Assembly (NCBI GenBank): GCA_046483125.1
Contig: JAWODU010000019.1
Location: forward strand, 1,911 to 65,910
DNA length: 64,000 bases
Direction of reading: 5' to 3'
Source: Kiritimatiellia bacterium
GTDB taxonomy: Bacteria; Verrucomicrobiota; Kiritimatiellia; UBA8416; JAWODU01
This document shows positions 20,161 through 28,586 of this stretch, piece after piece (position 1 is the first letter of the stretch; every line of letters begins with the position of its first letter). The translations under genes and the position numbers were made by a program. Under the pieces are notes generated by a model. It made no database searches and had not been told where the DNA came from. It worked only from the letters and a program-made list of their open reading frames with translations.

Positions 20161-20589
20161 ATGACATCCGTGTCGACTAAAGCACGTGCACCGATGGGAG
20201 TTGCCCTGGTTATTTGCGATCAGGTGATGACAGAGGCAGGCACAAACAAGAAGAGCCTGATCGGGATCTTCAACCAAATCTCTGCGAAGCAATTTCCATG
20301 TCGCCACCCTCGATTATGTATCTTTGTATCGTTAACCGGTGGTCACGGCAAAGGAAAAGCTAAGGTCCGGTGTGTCAACGAAAACAACGAAGACGAAGAA
20401 CTATTCGGCGCAGAGGGAGAAATCAACTTTCAGAGTCCCCTTCATGTAGTGGAGATAAACTTTGAGTTCAACAACGCACCTTTTCGAGCTCCCGGCAAAC
20501 ACCGAATTGACTTTTTATATGAGGGGGCCCCGGTATTGCAGAGGCCGTTTCGTGTAACGCAAACCAAAACCAGGGGGAACCAGACATGA
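20161..20589 (+). CDS. Hypothetical protein, first gene of a three-gene operon ending in a MazF-like toxin
   Basis: 142 aa with no recognisable family. The stop overlaps the next start (ATGA). Lies in lower-GC DNA. Confidence 0.4.
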   Translation: MTSVSTKARAPMGVALVICDQVMTEAGTNKKSLIGIFNQISAKQFPCRHPRLCIFVSLTGGHGKGKAKVRCVNENNEDEELFGAEGEINFQSPLHVVEINFEFNNAPFRAPGKHRIDFLYEGAPVLQRPFRVTQTKTRGNQT

Positions 20590-20810
20590 GTATCCTTGTC
20601 AAAGAAAAACCCGCTGTTCGTATCGAGGGTAGCCCACGGGATGCAGATCAAGTGTTTTTCGATGATGATTTCGCATCATCGTTCTTCGAATTCAAGATTT
20701 TTATGGCACAGGAACTCTCGGACGATGAGGTTATCAGATCTGCCGTGGAGTCCGGCGCTTACCAGTTCCTGGATTCACCAGAAGAAGACCTGTATTCCAG
20801 TACGGATTGA
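20586..20810 (+). CDS. Small acidic protein, putative antitoxin of the downstream MazF-like toxin
   Basis: 74 aa, D/E-rich. Overlaps both neighbours by 4 nt, the typical position of an antitoxin upstream of a PemK/MazF gene. Confidence 0.4.
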   Translation: MSILVKEKPAVRIEGSPRDADQVFFDDDFASSFFEFKIFMAQELSDDEVIRSAVESGAYQFLDSPEEDLYSSTD

Positions 20811-21160
20811 TAAGGATGAAGAAATGGGACGTCGTTCTTCTTTCATATCCATTCACTGACCTAACTGGTACTAAGGTGCGGCCCGCTGTAGTCCTGTCGC
20901 CTGACTCCGAAAATTCTGCGCAGGATGACGGGCTTTTCCTTTTGGTGACTTCAAACACCGCACGTATTTCAAGATATGATCTAGTGGTGGATTCAGGCCA
21001 TAAGGAATTCACTAAAACGGGCCTCAGAAAATCATCGGCCCTTAGAATTAACAAGCTGGTAACACTTAAGCAGACCCTGATCAGGAGGACGCTGGGCAAG
21101 ATTGGCCCAGAACTGCGGAAAGATATTACGTCTAGGCTTAGGGGCTACCTTGATCTCTAA
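20807..21160 (+). CDS. MazF/PemK-family type II toxin (endoribonuclease)
   Basis: 117 aa. WDVVLLSYPFTDLTGTKVRPAVVLS followed by LLVTSNT matches the PemK/MazF signature. Confidence 0.75.
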   Translation: MIRMKKWDVVLLSYPFTDLTGTKVRPAVVLSPDSENSAQDDGLFLLVTSNTARISRYDLVVDSGHKEFTKTGLRKSSALRINKLVTLKQTLIRRTLGKIGPELRKDITSRLRGYLDL

Positions 21161-21237
21161 GACAGACGTCTTACTTGAAGCGACAGCGGAAGTGGGCGGG
21201 CGGCGAGGACTACGACTAAGCCCAATTTCGTCGTTCG

Positions 21238-21492
21238 CTATCTGTAGACTTCTTTTCGATCTCCGATCGCGACCACCAAGACTACAAGCCTGTCATCATG
21301 GATTTCGTAAATCACGCGGTATGAACCGATGCGAATACGCCAAGCAGGCCGGCCCGAAAGCTTCTTGCAGCCGGGAGGGCGAGGATTCTCCGCAAGGGAT
21401 TCAATGGCTGCAATGATGCGTGCGTGGTCCTGACGGTTGATTTTCGCGAGTTGCCGTTGAGCCCGACGCAGAATATCGACTGCGTACGTCAC
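21238..21492 (-). CDS. RelE/ParE-family type II toxin
   Basis: 84 aa. LAENP..GCKKLSGRPAWRIRIGSYRVIYEIHDDRLVVLVVAIGDRKEVY is a canonical RelE/ParE core. Confidence 0.85.
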   Translation of the reverse strand: MTYAVDILRRAQRQLAKINRQDHARIIAAIESLAENPRPPGCKKLSGRPAWRIRIGSYRVIYEIHDDRLVVLVVAIGDRKEVYR

Positions 21493-21695
21493 GTATCATA
21501 TCCCTCTCGAATCTCTCGCACGGCTTGCTCGAAAGGGATGGCGTCCTGAGGGCCGGCTTTCGCCTTGTCGTAGGTTCTGATATCGTCGAGTTCCTCGAGA
21601 TCCTCGACAACGCGTTGCCACTCGGAAACAGGAAGGATGACAGATTTGGGGTTCTGTTTTTCGTCAACCACGTATTCTGGATGGACTTTAATCAT
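21489..21695 (-). CDS. Phd/YefM-type antitoxin paired with the RelE-like toxin
   Basis: 68 aa. Overlaps the toxin start by 4 nt and carries a GGAGGAAATAAT RBS. The acidic C-terminus is typical of these antitoxins. Confidence 0.65.
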   Translation of the reverse strand: MIKVHPEYVVDEKQNPKSVILPVSEWQRVVEDLEELDDIRTYDKAKAGPQDAIPFEQAVREIREGYDT

Positions 21696-21749
21696 ATTAT
21701 TTCCTCCAACTGACAGGCTTCTCGATCTTGCAGATCAATTCTTTTCGCT

Positions 21750-21942
21750 TCATGCGATTTGAAGCTCCGCCACCTTGCGGACACCAGGGATGTGCCCGCC
21801 TGTGAGGTCGTCATAAAGATCCTTAAGATTTTCCTGAAGGTTCCTCAAGGGTTTCTCCTTGAGTCATGTAATCGGGATAATCCTCCAGATATCCCAACCA
21901 CATATTTTCATATTGCCAGTGGACATATCGTATTGTTTTCAT
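21750..21942 (-). pseudogene. HicB-like (HicB_lk_antitox-type) antitoxin gene with an apparent +1 frameshift
   Basis: Frame A gives MKTIRYVHWQYENMWLGYLEDYPDYMTQGETLEEPSGKS*. Shifting one nucleotide at about 21835 continues the family-conserved ...TLEELQENLKDLYDDLTGGHIPGVRKVAELQIA*. This is consistent with an extra C in a CC run. Confidence 0.5.
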
Positions 21943-22009
21943 GTTATTAATATACACCTTGTTTGGATTTTTAGCAATCTTCTCTTTTGACACAACGCAA
22001 TCGGGGGAT

Positions 22010-22204
22010 TCATACCCGGCGTAGGCCGCATCTGCCATACCCGCCGGTCTGCCCCAGCTGCCTCCAGCCACTGACCCGGTACGCCGTGCCTCGAAAAAAC
22101 TGCCCGTCAACAAAGCTCTCGGCCACCAGGATCGGATGTTTATACCGCTGTTGCCAGTCGTTACTCAGACGCTGCAGGCACAACTTCATCGTCCGGCTGG
22201 CCAA
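22010..22204 (-). mobile_element. Possible IS/transposase-associated remnant (DUF4338-like C-terminal fragment)
   Basis: The 64-aa ORF VAESFVDGQFFRGTAYRVSGWRQLGQTGGYGR resembles the conserved C-terminus of IS-associated proteins. No intact transposase or terminal inverted repeats were recognised. Confidence 0.25.
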
Positions 22205-22390
22205 GTTCGCATAGTGACAGTCCGGCAGGAGCTTATGTGTTTTTTAAGGGACGCTGACCCCGTGGCCCCGTCGCTGATTTGTCTTCTTCGCAAGGCAGAA
22301 TAATGCTTAAATACTAATTCAAGGGTTGGCCCCACGGTCCACCACGGTCCATCTTAAAACGAGCATTTCCTTCCGTTTGTCCAAGTAAGT

Positions 22391-23908
22391 TCAGCGGATA
22401 ACACGCCGGTCGGAGATTTTCAGCAATTCTTCGGCCATGGCGTCCGAGCGCGCCACCCGCGGCACCTTGTGCTGGCCGCCCAGCTTGCCTTTTTCCTTCA
22501 TCCACTCGTAAAACGTGCCGGGAGACACCGTTATCATGACCGGCGGCCTGAGCCCGTAATCGCCGCGGCGATGGGTGTCGTAGTCCTCGCTCCGCGCGCG
22601 GATTTCGGAGTCCACGGTTTTCATGAATTCGCTTTCGTTTCCGGGCGGCGAGTCGAATTCAAATATCCACCTGTGAACCGGAACGGGTTCTTCAACAGAA
22701 GGATAACGCGGCCACACGGTGTAGTCGCTGAGAACCGCCCCGGTTTTTTCGCAGGCTTTTCCCACGGCTTTTTCCATCATCTCAAGGGTCACGTGTTCTC
22801 CGAAAGCGCTCAAGCCGATCCTGGTGCGCCCCGCGAATCTCACCCGCGGCGGCTGTACGCTTTCGAAACGTATCACGTCGCCAAGAGGATAGGCCCAGAT
22901 GCCGCCGTTTGTGGAAACGACTAAAGCGTAGTCCCTGCCCGTTTCCACCTCGCCGAAATGCAGGCGCGGCGCTTTCGCGTCTCCGGCCCGCTCCGCGGGA
23001 ATGAATTCGTAGTAGACACCGTTGTCCACGAGCATCCGCAACGGCCCGCCCGGTTCTTCCTGTATGGCCGTCATTCCCGCTTCGGAGGATGAATACGTGT
23101 CCATGTAAGCTATTCGGCGGCCTATGTATTCTTCAAAGGACTTCCCATAGGGTTCAAAGGCCATGCCGTATGACACGAAACACGCAAAGTCCGGCCACAG
23201 GGTCCCCGCGTTGCCGCCTCCCGAAGCAATCATTTCCTTAAACAGAAGCGCCGCCCAGGAAGGACAGGCGGACAGCACGCGGACCCTGGAGGTCAGGTAA
23301 CGTTCCACGATCATACGAATCTTCCGCTCCCAGTCGGCAACACACGCTATGTCCGCCTCCGGCAGATACCTGCCGTGCGCGTAAAACGGTATGTGTCTGC
23401 CCATTATTCCGGAGGCGTCGCCGTAGAGGCTTCTGCCCCGTTTCCTCAGGGAAGTCGAACCGCCGAGGTAAAAGAATTTCCCGTCCAGAATCGTCTCCGC
23501 GCCGACCCGCCGCGCCATAAAGGCGAGAAGCGCCGCGCCGGACCTCTTGTTGGAAGCGATGGCTTCTCTGGTAACAGGCAGGAGCTTGTTGCCGGCGGTA
23601 GTGCCCGAAGAAAGGGCAAAATAGCGGACGTGTCCCGGCCAGGTCACGTCGCGGGCGCCTTCAAACGCCTCGTGCCATTCGGGGGAGGCGGTTTCGTAGT
23701 CGGCAAGGGGCACGGCCGAGCGGTATTCTTCGGGGGTACGGATCTTCGAAAAACCGTGTTTACGGCCCAGGCGCGTAGCAGCCGCGCGCCCAAGCAGGCC
23801 GCGCAGAAGACGCGACTGGGAAGCGGCCGGATCGCGGCCGGATTCTTCCAGCTGTGCCGTGCGGCGCCGTATTGCCGCCTCTACCGCCAGTACCGCGAGT
23901 TTTTTCAC
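22391..23908 (-). CDS. GH3-family acyl-acid amido synthetase (adenylate-forming)
   Basis: 505 aa. SSGTTAGNKLLPVT AMP-binding motif and overall GH3-like architecture. Confidence 0.8.
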   Translation of the reverse strand: MKKLAVLAVEAAIRRRTAQLEESGRDPAASQSRLLRGLLGRAAATRLGRKHGFSKIRTPEEYRSAVPLADYETASPEWHEAFEGARDVTWPGHVRYFALSSGTTAGNKLLPVTREAIASNKRSGAALLAFMARRVGAETILDGKFFYLGGSTSLRKRGRSLYGDASGIMGRHIPFYAHGRYLPEADIACVADWERKIRMIVERYLTSRVRVLSACPSWAALLFKEMIASGGGNAGTLWPDFACFVSYGMAFEPYGKSFEEYIGRRIAYMDTYSSSEAGMTAIQEEPGGPLRMLVDNGVYYEFIPAERAGDAKAPRLHFGEVETGRDYALVVSTNGGIWAYPLGDVIRFESVQPPRVRFAGRTRIGLSAFGEHVTLEMMEKAVGKACEKTGAVLSDYTVWPRYPSVEEPVPVHRWIFEFDSPPGNESEFMKTVDSEIRARSEDYDTHRRGDYGLRPPVMITVSPGTFYEWMKEKGKLGGQHKVPRVARSDAMAEELLKISDRRVIR

Positions 23909-24028
23909 GGAGGCAGGATACCAGAGCGGCGGTGCGGAATGCCAAAGGAAATTCCTTGCGTTTTATTCTCAAATAACATCTACTTCCCACACTGTCGGCA
24001 GTGGCGGGTGAACGGAAAGAAGGAAGTT

Positions 24029-25261
24029 ATGGCCGATATTTTCGACAAATGCGTGAAGTTCCATAAGGAGTCGCGGATAGTAAGACAGGAAGACAGGGCC
24101 ATGGCGGAAAGTACCCTGTTCCGCCGCTCCCCCTTGAACAACGCGGGCCCCTGGATCAACCTGAACGGACGCCGCGTCCTGCAGTTCAGCACCAACGACT
24201 ATCTGGGCCTTGCCAGCCACGCCAAAGTGCGGAAAGCCGCCGTTGAAATAGTAAAAAAATACGGTGTGAGCGCTCCGATGGGTGCCCGGCCCCTGACGGG
24301 TACCATAGATCTGCACCTGGAACTGGAACAGCAGATCGCGGAATTCAAGCGCACCGAAAGATCCCTTGTCTTCAGTAACGGCGCCCATACCATGATGGGA
24401 ACCATAGCGGCCCTTGCCAGTCCGAGAGACCTGCTGATTCTTGACCGTTACGCTCACGCCAGCCTGCTGGCGGGCGCGAAAATGTCGGGGGCCCGGGTGC
24501 GTTTCTTCCGGCACAACGATCTGGAGCATCTCGAGGCGATACTTCTTGAAATCCCCTCCTCACAGGCCCGCATGGTGGTAGTTGACGGTGTGTACTCCAT
24601 GCAGGGGGACGTTGCGCCCCTGCCGGAACTGTGCGACCTGTGCGAGAAATACGGAGCAAGGCTTCTGGTCGACGACGCGCACGGAACGGGGGTCTGCGGT
24701 GAAAACGGCCGAGGCACGGCCGAAATGCTGGGCGTGGAAGACCGCGTGGACCTTCACCTAGGTACTTTCAGCAAGGCCGTTGCCACAACCGGCGGTTTCG
24801 CGGCTGGAGAAGCATCAGTCATAGAGTATCTCAAATACACCGCTCCCACGATTCTCTTTACCAAGGCCATGCCCGCGTGCGTGGCCGCCGCTACCCTTGA
24901 ATCCCTTCAGCTTCTGCGAAAGGCCAAGCGGCGACGGAAAGCGCTGTGGCGCAACGCACAGCATCTGCAGGAAGGCCTCCGCAAGGCAGGCTACGACATC
25001 GGCAGTACTCAATCCCCGATAACGCCGATAACCGGAAATGGAATCGATGCCGTTCACATGTCCACCGCTCTTTTTAACGAGCACAACATATGGGCCAGCG
25101 CCGTGCTCTACCCGGCCGTCCCGATGGGCACTTCCATTCTTCGCGTTATTCCCACCGCCGCTCACGCGCGCCACGACGTGAATGTCTTTCTTAAAGCAAT
25201 GAACAGGCTTAGGCATCCGCACTTGAACGTCTCTGAAAACACCGCTTATTCGGCCGCATGA
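24029..25261 (+). CDS. Alpha-oxoamine synthase (BioF/Kbl/SPT-family PLP enzyme)
   Basis: Roughly 410 aa from the ATG at 24029 (MADIFDK). GTFSKA PLP-lysine motif and the DDAHGTG motif. The track ORF starts at 23375, which is a spurious extension overlapping the GH3 gene. Confidence 0.85.
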   Translation: MADIFDKCVKFHKESRIVRQEDRAMAESTLFRRSPLNNAGPWINLNGRRVLQFSTNDYLGLASHAKVRKAAVEIVKKYGVSAPMGARPLTGTIDLHLELEQQIAEFKRTERSLVFSNGAHTMMGTIAALASPRDLLILDRYAHASLLAGAKMSGARVRFFRHNDLEHLEAILLEIPSSQARMVVVDGVYSMQGDVAPLPELCDLCEKYGARLLVDDAHGTGVCGENGRGTAEMLGVEDRVDLHLGTFSKAVATTGGFAAGEASVIEYLKYTAPTILFTKAMPACVAAATLESLQLLRKAKRRRKALWRNAQHLQEGLRKAGYDIGSTQSPITPITGNGIDAVHMSTALFNEHNIWASAVLYPAVPMGTSILRVIPTAAHARHDVNVFLKAMNRLRHPHLNVSENTAYSAA

Positions 25262-26403
25262 GTCCGGACCTGGAAATCGTTTCCGCCGGCAAACGGGCTG
25301 AACTTGAAGATTTTCTCGATCTGCCTTTCCGCCTTTACAGAGGCAATCCGAACTGGGTTCCCCCTCTGCGGAGTTCCCGGATGCGGACCCTGAAAGGGAA
25401 AACTGCCTTTTTCGAACACGGTGAAATGAAGCTCTTCCTCGCCGTGCGCGGCGGACAACCCGTCGGCAGAATCGCGGCCATAAAGAATGACGCTCACAAC
25501 CGCCGCTACAGCGACCGTACCGGGTTTTTCGGTTTTTTCGAATGCGACACCGAAGACGCCGAGGCCGCGGTAGAACTGTTCCGGCGCGCCGAGCGCTGGC
25601 TGAAGGAGAAGGGCATGGATACCGCTCGCGGACCCGTGAACCCTTCAATGAACTCGGAATGCGGACTGCTGATCCAGGGCTTTGACCACCCGCCGATGGT
25701 TCTGATGCCGTACAATCCGCCCGGGTATGAGGTTTTTTTTGAAAACGCCGGTTACGGGAAATGCAGGGATCTTTACGCTTATCTTGTAAAGGCCGAAGCG
25801 CTCATGCCTGAAAGCTCCCTGCACCGCCGCCTTCAGAAAATAGCCGACGGGCTGAAGCGCCGGCATCCCGAGATCTCCGTCAGGCCGCTCGACATGAAAA
25901 ACTACACCGCGGACATAATAAACGTGATGAACGTGTTCGAAGAGGCCAGGAAATCGAACTGGGGCTACGTGCCCGTTGCGCGGCGTGAAGTCCTTGAAAC
26001 AGCTTCGGATTTGAAACGGGTAGTTGATCCGGAAATAGTGCTTCTGGCGGAAGTAAACGGCGAACAGGCCGGAGTGTCCCTGGCCCTGCCCAACGTCAAC
26101 AGGGGGCTACTGAAAGCCCGGGGCCGCCTCTTTCCCGCCGGTTACTTAAGGTTCAGGCGGGAGATGAAAAAGAACCGGGAGGTCAGGATATTCGGCATAG
26201 CCGCTCTGCCGAAATACCGCCACATGGGAATTGCGGCCCTGCTGACCCTGGAAACCGTAAAGAGGGGATCGGCGCGCGGCTATAACCGGGGAGAGGCTTC
26301 CTGGGTGCTCGAAGATAACGACCTGTCAAACAGGACCATCACGCACGCGCTGGATCCCGATCACTACAAAACCTACCGTATATACGATAAAAAGCTCGCG
26401 TGA
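25258..26403 (+). CDS. GNAT-fold N-acyltransferase (FemAB/BioF2-like family)
   Basis: 381 aa. C-terminal GNAT-like motif RIFGIAALPKYRHMGIAALL. The start overlaps the upstream alpha-oxoamine synthase stop by 4 nt. Confidence 0.5.
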   Translation: MSPDLEIVSAGKRAELEDFLDLPFRLYRGNPNWVPPLRSSRMRTLKGKTAFFEHGEMKLFLAVRGGQPVGRIAAIKNDAHNRRYSDRTGFFGFFECDTEDAEAAVELFRRAERWLKEKGMDTARGPVNPSMNSECGLLIQGFDHPPMVLMPYNPPGYEVFFENAGYGKCRDLYAYLVKAEALMPESSLHRRLQKIADGLKRRHPEISVRPLDMKNYTADIINVMNVFEEARKSNWGYVPVARREVLETASDLKRVVDPEIVLLAEVNGEQAGVSLALPNVNRGLLKARGRLFPAGYLRFRREMKKNREVRIFGIAALPKYRHMGIAALLTLETVKRGSARGYNRGEASWVLEDNDLSNRTITHALDPDHYKTYRIYDKKLA

Positions 26404-26506
26404 AGGGACAATTTAAAAAATCTATTTTCCCCCTTCCCACCCCCGTATGATTCTGATAAGAATTCCGCCGATTGGTTAAAGAGTTTGAATAAGGAGGTGA
26501 ATTATC

Positions 26507-26719
26507 GTGCAGGTTAAAGTCACTGAAGACTGCATCGCGTGCGGACTCTGTGTGGAATTGTGCCCGGACGTTTTTCAGATCGGCGACCAGTACGCGGAAG
26601 TCCAGTTGGATCCGGTTCCACAGGAGTTCGCCAACGATGTTGAGCACACCGCCGATGAATGCCCGGTTTCCGCAATTGTAATCGACGAAGATCTGATAGG
26701 CGAAGAAAACGGCAACTGA
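26507..26719 (+). CDS. Small ferredoxin (single CxxCxxC...CP cluster)
   Basis: 70 aa. CIACGLCVELCP plus a distal CP. GTG start preceded by an AAGGAGGTG RBS. Confidence 0.8.
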   Translation: MQVKVTEDCIACGLCVELCPDVFQIGDQYAEVQLDPVPQEFANDVEHTADECPVSAIVIDEDLIGEENGN

Positions 26720-26725
26720 AACCGT

Positions 26726-27313
26726 CTACCAGCCGCCTCTTACTATGGGAAGCATTCGCCAGTGATACCGGTCGGTTATCACATTGGCCAGGCCGATTTG
26801 AAATCCTTTCAGGTAGCCGGTTATATTAACTACCCCGATCTGGGTCCCGGTTACCCGCCAGGCGTAATTGTATCCTCCAATCTGGAAACCTCTCAGCGTA
26901 TCGCACAGGTTGAGCAAGCCGATCTGGCAACCCATGATTTCCATGCCCATGGTGTTGAGCAGGCCTATCTGGGCGCCCTTGGCGTCATACTCCACAGCGT
27001 TCCACGGGGATATGGTCATGCCCCGCATTCCGTCCCGACAGCTGTTCATCAGGACACCTATACCTAAACCTTCGAAGTATCCTTCCGCACGATTGACAAA
27101 CCCTAAATCCAGGCCTCTTACGTTGCGGTTGCGGGAGTAAGGCAGGCTCAGACGCAGGCCTTCTATCGAGGCGTACTCATTGACTATTTGTCTCTTGGGA
27201 CTCAAGGATATCTGGAAATGCCCGATTTCCTCCTTGTCCTGCGCCCGGCCCGCGGCCGGGATCAGAAACATGATACTCGCGAGAAAAAGAATAAAACGGG
27301 ATGGTTTCATCAT
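26726..27313 (-). CDS. Secreted protein with about 7 tandem G-x-Q-I-G-L-x-N type repeats
   Basis: 195 aa. Signal peptide MMKPSRFILFLASIMFLIPAAGRAQ. Repeats include GAQIGLLN, GCQIGLLN, GFQIGGYN, GTQIGVVN and GFQIGLAN. Confidence 0.6.
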   Translation of the reverse strand: MMKPSRFILFLASIMFLIPAAGRAQDKEEIGHFQISLSPKRQIVNEYASIEGLRLSLPYSRNRNVRGLDLGFVNRAEGYFEGLGIGVLMNSCRDGMRGMTISPWNAVEYDAKGAQIGLLNTMGMEIMGCQIGLLNLCDTLRGFQIGGYNYAWRVTGTQIGVVNITGYLKGFQIGLANVITDRYHWRMLPIVRGGW

Positions 27314-27399
27314 TAATGTCCTCCTGATTGATTCCGCATACTATAAACTGCCGCCCTGTTATGCAAACATTTTAACTTGCGGTTTTTCATTTTTGCATC

Positions 27400-27600
27400 G
27401 CGGATAAGCGGCGCTACAGTACCTCCAGTACGCCGCCAGCGATGCAGGCTGTTGCGTCACGCATTTCGCTTCCGGAGGATTCGCAAATCGGATCGCAAGC
27501 CTGCCGCTTCTGCAAGGCCCCGCGCTCCGGGCTCCAACCCGCGTGTGGCGCGGGGGAGTGGCCGTACCGAACCTGCCCGGCATGCCCCTTGCCTCAATCC
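27400..27600. repeat. GC-rich intergenic repeat element (copy C, reverse orientation) in the nadA 5' leader
   Basis: aagcggcgctacagtacctccagtacgccgcc is the reverse complement of 13951-13995. ggctgttgcgtcacgcatttcgcttc is the reverse complement of 15706-15731. Its orientation relative to the downstream gene matches copies A and B. Confidence 0.7.
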
Positions 27601-27640
27601 ACAAAGAAATGTACATTACACCAAACAAGGAGGAATCACC

Positions 27641-28570
27641 GTGTCTTCTTCAGCTTCAGCAGAACCCGCACCGCTCATCGCGGAGATAAACAGCCTCCGC
27701 AGGTCCGCAAACGCCGTCATACTGGCCCACAATTACCAGATCCCCGAAATCCAGGACATAGCCGACTTCACCGGCGATTCCCTCCAGCTCAGCCGCCGCG
27801 CGGCCGGCACCGACGCGGATGTCATTGTCTTCTGCGGCGTTCACTTCATGGCTGAAACCGCCGCCATCCTCTGCCCCGGGAAAAAAGTCCTGATCCCCGA
27901 CCCGGAGGCGGGCTGTCCCATGGCGGACATGATCACGGCCGAAGAACTGCGCAGGATGAAATCGGAACACCCGGGGGCGAAGACGGTCTGTTACGTCAAC
28001 AGTACGGCCGAAGTCAAAGCGGAAAGCGACGTCTGCTGTACGTCGTCAAACGCGACAGCGGTTGTAGAATCGCTGTCTGAAAGCGAAGAAATAATTTTCG
28101 TTCCCGACGGAAATCTCGGAGAACACGTCCGGGATAAAACCGGGCGGCCTCTCCTGCTGTGGCCCGGCTATTGCCCCACCCACGTTGCCATTACCCCCGG
28201 GGCAATACTCGCCGTTAGGAACGCGCACCCGGACGCCGTGGTCATAGTGCATCCCGAGTGCCCGGCTCCCGTTCGGAAGACAGCCGATGAGATACTGTCC
28301 ACCGGCGGCATGCTCAAGTTCGCGCGCTCATCGCCCAAGAAGGAATTCATAGTCGGCACCGAATCGGGTCTTCTTTACACGCTGGAAAAAGCAAATCCCG
28401 GCAAGCTCTTTTACGGAATGCCCGAGCCGGCGGTATGCGCGGATATGAAACGTATAACCCTGGAAAAAGTGCGGGCCTCTCTCGCGGAAAAACGCTGTGA
28501 GGTAAACGTTCCCGAACACACGGCCCGGGGCGCCCGTAAAGCCGTGGAGCGCATGCTTTCAGTTGCGTAA
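27641..28570 (+). CDS. nadA: Quinolinate synthase
   Basis: 309 aa from a GTG at 27641 (RBS AGGAGG). NadA motifs VILAHNYQ and FCGVHFMAE with the three-fold pseudo-repeat architecture. The track ORF from 27377 is a spurious extension through the repeat. Confidence 0.9.
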   Translation: MSSSASAEPAPLIAEINSLRRSANAVILAHNYQIPEIQDIADFTGDSLQLSRRAAGTDADVIVFCGVHFMAETAAILCPGKKVLIPDPEAGCPMADMITAEELRRMKSEHPGAKTVCYVNSTAEVKAESDVCCTSSNATAVVESLSESEEIIFVPDGNLGEHVRDKTGRPLLLWPGYCPTHVAITPGAILAVRNAHPDAVVIVHPECPAPVRKTADEILSTGGMLKFARSSPKKEFIVGTESGLLYTLEKANPGKLFYGMPEPAVCADMKRITLEKVRASLAEKRCEVNVPEHTARGARKAVERMLSVA

Positions 28571-28586
28571 TGAAGCACTCACGCCT

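Noticed and set aside
21987-22214. 75-aa plus-strand ORF
   Set aside because: It overlaps the more plausible minus-strand IS-associated fragment and has no recognisable features.
19930-22390. Classical integrase-mediated genomic island at tRNA-Thr
   Set aside because: No integrase or recombinase gene is present, and the AT-rich segment abuts the tRNA 5' end rather than its 3' end. It is described instead as a decayed accessory islet.
23375-24028. N-terminal 218 codons of the 628-aa plus-strand ORF
   Set aside because: They overlap the GH3 gene on the opposite strand. The alpha-oxoamine synthase homology begins at the ATG at 24029.
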